Of a stretch of DNA of 64,000 nucleotides, positions 52,501 to 64,000 are shown one piece after another. The DNA comes from Auanema rhodensis. Lineage: Eukaryota > Animalia > Nematoda. Numbering within the stretch: position 1 is the stretch's first letter; every line of letters begins with the position of its first letter. The stretch is taken from assembly GCA_964057225.1 (NCBI GenBank), contig OZ059895.1, positions 1,240,001 through 1,304,000 of the forward strand, read 5' to 3'. Under the pieces are notes generated by a model. That model was not told the origin of the DNA, searched no databases, and saw only the letters and a program-made list of their open reading frames with translations. The position numbers and the translations under genes were made by a program.

Positions 52501-53713
52501 AATGTTGAGTGTACATGGAAACTCAACATACACTAATGCATCATTTTTCAAACGATCAGAACTAATTTTTGTATTAAGCGTTTCTCAATTTAGTATAGTG
52601 CATTCGATGCGGATTTTTAAGCTGCGTCGATCTGTGTTATCAGATTTGCGCTAGCTGAAAAATGCACCGAGATATCAACTGATATAAGTTCACACTTATA
52701 TCCTCGATTTTCACCCTGAAGAATTAATTTTTTCGTTGAATAACATTGTCCATCGTCTTTGCCTTGAAAAAAGGAATCTAAAAACATCTACTTTTTGCTA
52801 AATTATTTTGAAATTTTTCGAAAAAATTTTTGTCAAAATGTTTTTGGAAGTAATGTTGAGTGTACATGGAAACTCAACATACACTAATGCATCATTTTTC
52901 AAACGATCATAACTAATTTTTGTATTAAGCGTTTCTCGATGTAGTATAGTGCATTCGATGCGGATTTTTAAGCTGCGTCGTTCTGTGTTATCAGATTTGC
53001 GCTAGCTTAAAAATGCACCGAGATATCAACTGATATAAGTTCACACATATATCCTCGATTTTCACCCTGAAGAATTAATTTTTTCGTTGAATAACATTGT
53101 CCATCGTCTTTGCCTTGAAAAAAAGAATCTAAAAACATCTACTTTTTGCTAAATTATTTTGAAATTTTTCGAAAAAATTTTTGTCAAAATGTTTTTGGAA
53201 GCAATGTTGAGTGTACATGGAAACTCAACATACACTAATGCATCATTTTTCAAACGATCATAATTAATTTTTGTATTAAGCGTTTCTCAATGTAGTATAG
53301 TGCATTCGATGCGGATTTTTAAGCTGTGTCGATCTGTGTTATCAGATTTGCGCTAGCTTAAAAATGCACCGAGATATCAACTGATATAAGTTCACACTTA
53401 TATCCTCGATTTTCACCCTGAAGAATTAATTTTTTTGTTGAATAACATTGTCCATCGTCTTTGCCTTGAAAAAAAGAATCTAAAAACATCTACTTTTTGC
53501 TAAATTATCTTGAAATTTTTCGAAAAAATTTTTGTCAAAATGTTTTTGGAAGCAATGTTGAGTGTACATGGAAACTCAACATACACTAATGCATCATTTT
53601 TCAAACGATCATAATTAATTTTTGTATTAAGCGTTTCTCAATGTAGTATAGTGCATTCGATGCGGATTTTTAAGCTGCGTCGATCTGTGTTATCAGATTT
53701 GCGCTAGCTTAAA
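37515..53713 (+). repeat. Copy B of a large intra-array duplication (paralogous to ~9831-28121)
   Basis: CCTCTATT at 47442/49197, TCACAACTA ~50453, AAAATCATC ~51030, GTTGAAAAAC ~51688, GATTTCGCT ~52297 and CGTCGTTGCC ~52407, in the same order as copy A. Confidence 0.8.
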
Positions 53714-56700
53714 AATGCACCGAGATATCAACTGATATAAGTTCACACATATATCCTCGATTTTCACCCTGAAGAATTAATTTTTTCGTTGAATAACATT
53801 GTCCATCGTCTTTGCCTTGAAAAAAGGAATCTAAAAACATCTACTTTTTGCTAAATTATTTTGGAATTTTTCGAAAAAATTTTTGTCAAAATGTTTTTGG
53901 AAGCAATGTTGAGTGTACATGGAAACTCAACATACACTAATGCATCATTTTTCAAACGATCATAATTAATTTTTGTATTAAGCGTTTCTCAATGTAGTAT
54001 AGTGCATTCGATGCGGATTTTTAAGCTGCGTCGATCTGTGTTATCAGATTTGCGCTAGCTTAAAAATGCACCGAGATATCAACTGATATAAGTTCACACT
54101 TATATCCTCGATTTTCACCCTCAAGCATTAATTTTTTTGTTGAATAACATTGTCCATTGTCTTTGCCTTGAAAAAAGGAATCTAAAAACATCTACTTTTT
54201 GCTAAATTATCTTGAAATTTTTCGAAAAAATTTTTGTCAAAATGTTTTTGGAAGCAATGTTGAGTGTACATGGAAACTCAACATACACTAATGCATCATT
54301 TTTCAAACGATCATAATTAATTTTTGTATTAAGCGTTTCTCAATGTAGTATAGTGCATTCGATGCGGATTTTTAAGCTGCGTCGATCTGTATCATCAGAT
54401 TTGCGCTAGCTTAAAAATGCACCGAGATATCAACTGATATAAGTTCACACTTATATCCTCGATTTTCACCCTGAAGAATTAATTTTTTCGTTGAATAACA
54501 TTGTCCATCGTCTTTGCCTTGAAAAAAAGAATCTAAAAACATCTACTTTTTGCTAAATTATTTTGAAATTTTTCGAAAAAATTTTTGTCAAAATGTTTTT
54601 GGAAGCAATGTTGAGTGTACATGGAAACTCAGCATACACTAATGCATCATTTTTCAAACGATCATAACTAATTTTTGTATTAAGCGTTTCTCAATGTAGT
54701 ATAGTGCAATCGATGCGGATTTTTAAGCTGCGTCGATCTGTATTATCAGATTTGCGCTAGCTTAAAAATGCACCGAGATATCAACTGATATAAGTTCACA
54801 CTTATATCCTCGATTTTCACCCTGAAGAATTAATTTTTTCGTTGAATAACATTGTCCATCGTCTTTGCCTTGAAAAAAGGAATCTAAAAACATCTACTTT
54901 TTGCTAAATTATCTTGAAATTTTTCGAAAAAATTTTTGTCAAAATGTTTTTGGAAGCAATGTTGAGTGTACATGGAAACTCAGCATACACTAATGCATCA
55001 TTTTTCAAACGATCATAACTAATTTTTGTATTGAGCGTTTCTCAATGTAGTATAGTGCAATCGATGCGGATTTTTAAGCTGCGTCGATCTGTGTTATCAG
55101 ATTTGCGCTAGCTTAAAAATGCACCGAGATATCAACTGATATAAGTTCACACTTATATCCTCGATTTTCACCCTGAAGAATTAATTTTTTCGTTGAATAA
55201 CATTGTCCATCGTCTTTGCCTTGAAAAAAAGAATCTAAAAACATCTACTTTTTGCTAAATTATTTTGAAATTTTTCGAAAAAATTTTTGTCAAAATGTTT
55301 TTGGAAGCAATGTTGAGTGTACATGGAAACTCAACATACACTAATGCATCATTTTTCAAACGATCATAACTAATTTTTGTATTAAGCGTTTCTCAATGTA
55401 GTATAGTGCAATCGATGCGGATTTTTAAGCTGCGTCGATCTGTATTATCAGATTTGCGCTAGCTTAAAAATGCACCGAGATATCAACTGATATAAGTTCA
55501 CACTTATATCCTCGATTTTCACCCTGAAGAATTAATTTTTTCGTTGAATAACATTGTCCATCGTCTTTGCCTTGAAAAAAAGAATCTAAAAACATCTACT
55601 TTTTGCTAAATTATTTTGAAATTTTTCGAAAAAATTTTTGTCAAAATGTTTTTGGAAGCAATGTTGAGTGTACATGGAAACTCAACATACACTAATGCAT
55701 CATTTTTCAAACGATCATAACTAATTTTTGTATTAAGCGTTTCTCAATGTAGTATAGTGCAATCGATGCGGATTTTTAAGCTGCGTCGATCTGTATTATC
55801 AGATTTGCGCTAGCTTAAAAATGCACCGAGATATCAACTGATATAAGTTCACACTTATATCCTCGATTTTCACCCTGAAGAATTAATTTTTTCGTTGAAT
55901 AACATTGTCCATCGTCTTTGCCTTGAAAAAAAGAATCTAAAAACATCTACTTTTTGCTAAATTATTTTGAAATTTTTCGAAAAAATTTTTGTCAAAATGT
56001 TTTTGGAAGCAATGTTGAGTGTACATGGAAACTCAACATACACTAATGCATCATTTTTCAAACGATCATAATTAATTTTTGTATTAAGCGTTTCTCAATG
56101 TAGTATAGTGCAATCGATGCGGATTTTTAAGCTGCGTCGATCTGTGTTATCAGATTTGCGCTAGCTTAAAAATGCACCGAGATATCAACTGATATAAGTT
56201 CACACTTATATCCTCGATTTTCACCCTCAAGCATTAATTTTTTTGTTGAATAACATTGTCCATTGTCTTTGCCTTGAAAAAAGGAATCTAAAAACATCTA
56301 CTTTTTGCTAAATTATCTTGAAATTTTTCGAAAAAATTTTTGTCAAAATGTTTTTGGAAGCAATGTTGAGTGTACATGGAAACTCAACATACACTAATGC
56401 ATCATTTTTCAAACGATCATAATTAATTTTTGTATTAAGCGTTTCTCAATGTAGTATAGTGCATTCGATGCGGATTTTTAAGCTGCGTCGATCTGTATTA
56501 TCAGATTTGCGCTAGCTTAAAAATGCACCGAGATATCAACTGATATAAGTTCACACTTATATCCTCGATTTTCACCCTGAAGAATTAATTTTTTCGTTGA
56601 ATAACATTGTCCATCGTCTTTGCCTTGAAAAAAAGAATCTAAAAACATCTACTTTTTGCTAAATTATTTTGAAATTTTTCGAAAAAATTTTTGTCAAAAT

Positions 56701-59700
56701 GTTTTTGGAAGCAATGTTGAGTGTACATGGAAACTCAGCATACACTAATGCATCATTTTTCAAACGATCATAACTAATTTTTGTATTAAGCGTTTCTCAA
56801 TGTAGTATAGTGCAATCGATGCGGATTTTTAAGCTGCGTCGATCTGTATTATCAGATTTGCGCTAGCTTAAAAATGCACCGAGATATCAACTGATATAAG
56901 TTCACACTTATATCCTCGATTTTCACCCTGAAGAATTAATTTTTTCGTTGAATAACATTGTCCATCGTCTTTGCCTTGAAAAAAGGAATCTAAAAACATC
57001 TACTTTTTGCTAAATTATCTTGAAATTTTTCGAAAAAATTTTTGTCAAAATGTTTTTGGAAGCAATGTTGAGTGTACATGGAAACTCAGCATACACTAAT
57101 GCATCATTTTTCAAACGATCATAACTAATTTTTGTATTAAGCGTTTCTCAATGTAGTATAGTGCAATCGATGCGGATTTTTAAGCTGCGTCGATCTGTAT
57201 TATCAGATTTGCGCTAGCTTAAAAATGCACCGAGATATCAACTGATATAAGTTCACACTTATATCCTCGATTTTCACCCTGAAGAATTAATTTTTTCGTT
57301 GAATAACATTGTCCATCGTCTTTGCCTTGAAAAAAGGAATCTAAAAACATCTACTTTTTGCTAAATTATCTTGAAATTTTTCGAAAAAATTTTTGTCAAA
57401 ATGTTTTTGGAAGCAATGTTGAGTGTACATGGAAACTCAACATACACTAATGCATCATTTTTCAAACGATCATAATTAATTTTTGTATTAAGCGTTTCTC
57501 AATGTAGTATAGTGCATTCGATGCGGATTTTTAAGCTGCGTCGATCTGTATTATCAGATTTGCGCTAGCTTAAAAATGCACCGAGATATCAACTGATATA
57601 AGTTCACACTTATATCCTCGATTTTCACCCTGAAGAATTAATTTTTTCGTTGAATAACATTGTCCATCGTCTTTGCCTTGAAAAAAAGAATCTAAAAACA
57701 TCTACTTTTTGCTAAATTATTTTGAAATTTTTCGAAAAAATTTTTGTCAAAATGTTTTTGGAAGCAATGTTGAGTGTACATGGAAACTCAACATACACTA
57801 ATGCATCATTTTTCAAACGATCATAACTAATTTTTGTATTAAGCGTTTCTCAATGTAGTATAGTGCAATCGATGCGGATTTTTAAGCTGCGTCGATCTGT
57901 GTTATCAGATTTGCGCTAGCTTAAAAATGCACCGAGATATCAACTGATATAAGTTCACACTTATATCCTCGATTTTCACCCTGAAGAATTAATTTTTTCG
58001 TTGAATAACATTGTCCATCGTCTTTGCCTTGAAAAAAGGAATCTAAAAACATCTACTTTTTGCTAAATTATCTTGAAATTTTTCGAAAAAATTTTTGTCA
58101 AAATGTTTTTGGAAGCAATGTTGAGTGTACATGGAAACTCAACATACACTAATGCATCATTTTTCAAACGATCATAATTAATTTTTGTATTGAGCGTTTC
58201 TCAATGTAGTATAGTGCATTCGATGCGGATTTTTAAGCTGCGTCGTTCTGTGTTATCAGATTTGCGCTAGCTTAAAAATGCACCGAGATATCAACTGATA
58301 TAAGTTCACACATATATCCTCGATTTTCACCCTGAAGAATTAATTTTTTCGTTGAATAACATTGTCCATCGTCTTTGCCTTGAAAAAAAGAATCTAAGAA
58401 CATCTACTTTTTGCTAAATTATTTTGAAATTTTTCGAAAAAATTTTTGTCAAAATGTTTTTGGAAGCAATGTTGAGTGTACATGGAAACTCAACATACAC
58501 TAATGCATCATTTTTCAAACGATCATAATTAATTTTTGTATCAAGCGTTTCTCAATGTAGTATAGTGCATTCGATCCGGATTTTTAAGCTGCGTCGATCT
58601 GTGTTATCAGATTTGCGCTAGCTTAAAAATGCACCGAGATATCAACTGATATAAGTTCACACTTATATCCTCGATTTTCACCCTGAAGAATTAATTTTTT
58701 CGTTGAATAACATTGTCCATCGTCTTTGCCTTGAAAAAAGGAATCTAAAAACATCTACTTTTTGCTAAATTATTTTGAAATTTTTCGAAAAAATTTTTGT
58801 CAAAATGTTTTTGGAAGCAATGTTGAGTGTACATGGAAACTCAACATACACTAATGCATCATTTTTCAAACGATCATAACTAATTTTTGTATTAAGCGTT
58901 TCTCAATGTAAAATAGTGCATTCGATGCGGATTTTTAAGCTGCGTCGTTCTGTGTTATCAGATTTGCGCTAGCTTAAAAATGCACCGAGATATCAACTGA
59001 TATAAGTTCACACTTATATCCTCGATTTTCACCCTGAAGAATTAATTTTTTCGTTGAATAACATTGTCCATCGTCTTTGCCTTGAAAAAAGGAATCTAAA
59101 AACATCTACTTTTTGCTAAATTATTTTGAAATTTTTCGAAAAAATTTTTGTCAAAATGTTTTTGGAAGCAATGTTGAGTGTACATGGAAACTCAACATAC
59201 ACTAATGCATCATTTTTCAAACGATCATAACTAATTTTTGTATTAAGCGTTTCTCAATGTAGTATAGTGCATTCGATGCGGATTTTTAAGCTGCGTCGTT
59301 CTGTGTTATCAGATTTGCGCTAGCTTAAAAATGCACCGAGATATCAACTGATATAAGTTCACACATATATCCTCGATTTTCACCCTGAAGAATTAATTTT
59401 TTCGTTGAATAACATTGTCCATCGTCTTTGCCTTGAAAAAAGGAATCTAAAAACATCTACTTTTTGCTAAATTATTTTGGAATTTTTCGAAAAAATTTTT
59501 GTCAAAATGTTTTTGGAAGCAATGTTGAGTGTACATGGAAACTCAACATACACTAATGCATCATTTTTCAAACGATCATAATTAATTTTTGTATTAAGCG
59601 TTTCTCAATGTAGTATAGTGCATTCGATGCGGATTTTTAAGCTGCGTCGATCTGTGTTATCAGATTTGCGCTAGCTTAAAAATGCACCGAGATATCAACT

Positions 59701-62700
59701 GATATAAGTTCACACTTATATCCTCGATTTTCACCCTCAAGCATTAATTTTTTTGTTGAATAACATTGTCCATTGTCTTTGCCTTGAAAAAAGGAATCTA
59801 AAAACATCTACTTTTTGCTAAATTATCTTGAAATTTTTCGAAAAAATTTTTGTCAAAATGTTTTTGGAAGCAATGTTGAGTGTACATGGAAACTCAACAT
59901 ACACTAATGCATCATTTTTCAAACGATCATAACTAATTTTTGTATTAAGCGTTTCTCAATGTAGTATAGTGCATTCGATGCGGATTTTTAAGCTGCGTCG
60001 TTCTGTGTTATCAGATTTGCGCTAGCTTAAAAATGCACCGAGATATCAACTGATATAAGTTCACACATATATCCTCGATTTTCACCCTGAAGAATTAATT
60101 TTTTCGTTGAATAACATTGTCCATCGTCTTTGCCTTGAAAAAAGGAATCTAAAAACATCTACTTTTTGCTAAATTATCTTGAAATTTTTCGAAAAAATTT
60201 TTGTCAAAATGTTTTTGGAAGCAATGTTGAGTGTACATGGAAACTCAACATACACTAATGCATCATTTTTCAAACGATCATAACTAATTTTTGTATTAAG
60301 CGTTTCTCAATGTAGTATAGTGCATTCGATGCGGATTTTTAAGCTGCGTCGTTCTGTGTTATCAGATTTGCGCTAGCTTAAAAATGCACCGAGATATCAA
60401 CTGATATAAGTTCACACATATATCCTCGATTTTCACCCTGAAGAATTAATTTTTTCGTTGAATAACATTGTCCATCGTCTTTGCCTTGAAAAAAGGAATC
60501 TAAAAACATCTACTTTTTGCTAAATTATTTTGGAATTTTTCGAAAAAATTTTTGTCAAAATGTTTTTGGAAGCAATGTTGAGTGTACATGGAAACTCAAC
60601 ATACACTAATGCATCATTTTTCAAACGATCATAATTAATTTTTGTATTAAGCGTTTCTCAATGTAGTATAGTGCATTCGATGCGGATTTTTAAGCTGCGT
60701 CGATCTGTGTTATCAGATTTGCGCTAGCTTAAAAATGCACCGAGATATCAACTGATATAAGTTCACACTTATATCCTCGATTTTCACCCTCAAGCATTAA
60801 TTTTTTTGTTGAATAACATTGTCCATTGTCTTTGCCTTGAAAAAAGGAATCTAAAAACATCTACTTTTTGCTAAATTATCTTGAAATTTTTCGAAAAAAT
60901 TTTTGTCAAAATGTTTTTGGAAGCAATGTTGAGTGTACATGGAAACTCAACATACACTAATGCATCATTTTTCAAACGATCATAATTAATTTTTGTATTA
61001 AGCGTTTCTCAATGTAGTATAGTGCATTCGATGCGGATTTTTAAGCTGCGTCGATCTGTATTATCAGATTTGCGCTAGCTTAAAAATGCACCGAGATATC
61101 AACTGATATAAGTTCACACTTATATCCTCGATTTTCACCCTGAAGAATTAATTTTTTCGTTGAATAACATTGTCCATCGTCTTTGCCTTGAAAAAAAGAA
61201 TCTAAAAACATCTACTTTTTGCTAAATTATTTTGAAATTTTTCGAAAAAATTTTTGTCAAAATGTTTTTGGAAGCAATGTTGAGTGTACATGGAAACTCA
61301 GCATACACTAATGCATCATTTTTCAAACGATCATAATTAATTTTTGTATTAAGCGTTTCTCAATGTAGTATAGTGCATTCGATGCGGATTTTTAAGCTGC
61401 GTCGATCTGTGTTATCAGATTTGCGCTAGCTTAAAAATGCACCGAGATATCAACTGATATAAGTTCACACTTATATCCTCGATTTTCACCCTGAAGAATT
61501 GATTTTTTCGTTGAATAACATTGTCCATCGTCTTTGCCTTGAAAAAAGGAATCTAAAAACATCTACTTTTTGCTAAATTATCTTTAAATTTTTCGAAAAA
61601 ATTTTTGTCAAAATGTTTTTGGAAGCAATGTTGAGTGTACATGGAAACTCAACATACACTAATGCATCATTTTTCGAACGATCATAATTAATTTTTGTAT
61701 TAAGCGTTTCTCAATGTAGTATAGTGCAATCGATGCGGATTTTTAAGCTGCGTCGATCTGTGTTATCAGATTTGCGCTAGCTTAAAAATGCACCGAGATA
61801 TCAACTGATATAAGTTCACACTTATATCCTCGATTTTCACCCTGAAGAATTAATTTTTTCGTTGAATAACATTGTCCATCGTCTTTGCCTTGAAAAAAGG
61901 AATCTAAAAACATCTACTTTTTGCTAAATTATCTTGAAATTTTTCGAAAAAATTTTTGTCAAAATGTTTTTGGAAGCAATGTTGAGTGTACATGGAAACT
62001 CAACATACACTAATGCATCATTTTTCAAACGATCATAATTAATTTTTGTATTGAGCGTTTCTCAATGTAGTATAGTGCATTCGATGCGGATTTTTAAGCT
62101 GCGTCGATCTGTGTTATCAGATTTGCGCTAGCTTAAAAATGCACCGAGATATGAACTGATATAAGTTCACACTTATATCCTCGATTTTCACCCTGAAGAA
62201 TTAATTTTTTCGTTGAATAACATTGTCCATCGTCTTTGCCTTGAAAAAAGAAATCTAAAAACATCTACTTTTTGCTAAATTATTTTGAAATTTTTCGAAA
62301 AAATTTTTGTCAAAATGTTTTTGGAAGCAATGTTGAGTGTACATGGAAACTCAACATACACTAATGCATCATTTTTCAAACGATCATAACTAATTTTTGT
62401 ATTAAGCGTTTCTCAATGTAGTATAGTGCATTCGATGCGGATTTTTAAGCTGCGTCGTTCTGTGTTATCAGATTTGCGCTAGCTTAAAAATGCACCGAGA
62501 TATCAACTGATATAAGTTCACACATATATCCTCGATTTTCACCCTGAAGAATTAATTTTTTCGTTGAATAACATTGTCCATCGTCTTTGCCTTGAAAAAA
62601 GGAATCTAAAAACATCTACTTTTTGCTAAATTATTTTGAAATTTTTCGAAAAAATTTTTGTCAAAATGTTTTTGGAAGCAATGTTGAGTGTACATGGAAA

Positions 62701-64000
62701 CTCAACATACACTAATGCATCATTTTTCAAACGATCATAATTAATTTTTGTATTAAGCGTTTCTCAATTTAGTATAGTGCATTCGATGCGGATTTTTAAG
62801 CTGCGTCGATCTGTGTTATCAGATTTGCGCTAGCTTAAAAATGCACCGAGATATGAACTGATATAAGTTCACACTTATATCCTCGATTTTCACCCTGAAG
62901 AATTAATTTTTTCGTTGAATAACATTGTCCATCGTCTTTGCCTTGAAAAAAGAAATCTAAAAACATCTACTTTTTGCTAAATTATATTGAAATTTTTCGA
63001 AAAAATTTTTGTCAAAATGTTTTTGGAAGCAATGTTGAGTGTACATGGAAACTCAACATACACTAATGCATCATTTTTCAAACGATCATAACTAATTTTT
63101 GTATTAAGCGTTTCTCAATGTAGTATAGTGCATTCGATGCGGATTTTTAAGCTGCGTCGTTCTGTGTTATCAGATTTGCGCTAGCTTAAAAATGCACCGA
63201 GATATCAACTGATATAAGTTCACACATATATCCTCGATTTTCACCCTGAAGAATTAATTTTTTCGTTGAATAACATTGTCCATCGTCTTTGCCTTGAAAG
63301 AAGGAATCTAAAAACATCTACTTTTTGCTTAATTATTTTGAAATTTTTCGAAAAAATTTTTGTCAAAATGTTTTTGGAAGCAATGTTGAGTGTACATGGA
63401 AACTCAACATACACTAATGCATCATTTTTCAAACGATCATAATTAATTTTTGTATTAAGCGTTTCTCAATTTAGTATAGTGCATTCGATGCGGATTTTTA
63501 AGCTGCGTCGATCTGTGTTATCAGATTTGCGCTAGCTTAAAAATGCACCGAGATATCAACTGATATAAGTTCACACTTATATCCTCGATTTTCACCCTGA
63601 AGAATTGATTTTTTCGTTGAATAACATTGTCCATCGTCTTCGCCTTGAAAAAAGGAATCTAAAAACATCTACTTTTTGCTAAATTATCTTGAAATTTTTC
63701 GAAAAAATTTTTGTCAAAATGTTTTTGGAAGCAATGTTGAGTGTACATGGAAACTCAACATACACTAATGCATCATTTTTCAAACGATCATAATTAATTT
63801 TTGTATTAAGCGTTTCTCAATGTAGTATAGTGCAATCGATGCGGATTTTTAAGCTGCGTCGATCTGTGTTATCAGATTTGCGCTAGCTTAAAAATGCACC
63901 GAGATATCAACTGATATAAGTTCACACTTATATCCTCGATTTTCACCCTGAAGAATTAATTTTTTCGTTGAATAACATTGTCCATCGTCTTTGCCTTGAA

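Larger units (their letters stand above)
1..64000. repeat. 351-bp AT-rich tandem satellite DNA array (~182 monomers), running off both window ends
   Basis: AATGCACCGAGATATCAAC recurs at 1, 352, 703, 1054, 1405 and so on. ORF-track spacings are multiples of 351 apart from the indels listed. The only non-monomer sequence is the 30-bp filler at 6062-6091. Confidence 0.99.
9831..64000 (+). repeat. Satellite segment 3, forward orientation (~154 monomers), resuming at monomer position 298
   Basis: Junction ...GATCGTTTGA|A|TGCGGATTT... at 9831. The next monomer starts at 9885 and phase is kept apart from -14, -1, -30 and -1 bp indels. Confidence 0.97.

Noticed and set aside
5102-52654. 35 near-identical 65-aa ORFs (MKFFEKIFVK...) as a tandem gene family
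   Set aside because: They start at TTG and exist only when one SNP (CATAA>CAGAA or CACAA) removes a TAA stop. Most monomers have the stop. There is no recognisable domain, and the composition simply reflects A/T tracts. They are useful only as markers of a monomer subtype.
1-64000. Giant repetitive protein gene (351 is divisible by 3)
   Set aside because: The ORF track shows no reading frame longer than 65 aa, so no frame runs through a monomer.
1-64000. CRISPR array or repeat-spacer system
   Set aside because: There are no unique spacers; the entire 351 bp is repeated, and no cas or other genes are present.

Overview
The whole 64 kb window is one AT-rich tandem satellite DNA array (~31% GC by manual count of the first monomer). 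It has about 182 copies of a 351-bp monomer that differ by only a few substitutions each. I see no genes, RNA genes, transposon ORFs or CRISPR arrays; the 65-aa and 63-aa ORFs are by-products of single-base monomer variants. It looks like a eukaryotic centromeric or pericentromeric satellite, but I cannot name the family or host. The interesting signal is architectural. (1) A 3.74-kb block (6092-9830) is inverted. It is the middle copy of a direct-inverted-direct triplication of the same monomer haplotype series. Its left junction has a 30-bp T/C-only filler built from repeats of the adjacent CT7 motif (an A-rich tail on the minus strand), and its right junction has 1 bp of microhomology. (2) A 40-bp tandem duplication sits where the monomer subfamily changes. 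(3) A hidden ~16-18 kb duplication (~9.8-28.1 kb vs ~37.5-53.7 kb) can be read from shared private variants, with nested 2- to 10-monomer higher-order repeats. (4) There are microhomology-flanked deletions and one locally hyperdivergent monomer. (5) The monomer itself carries four separate dyad symmetries.
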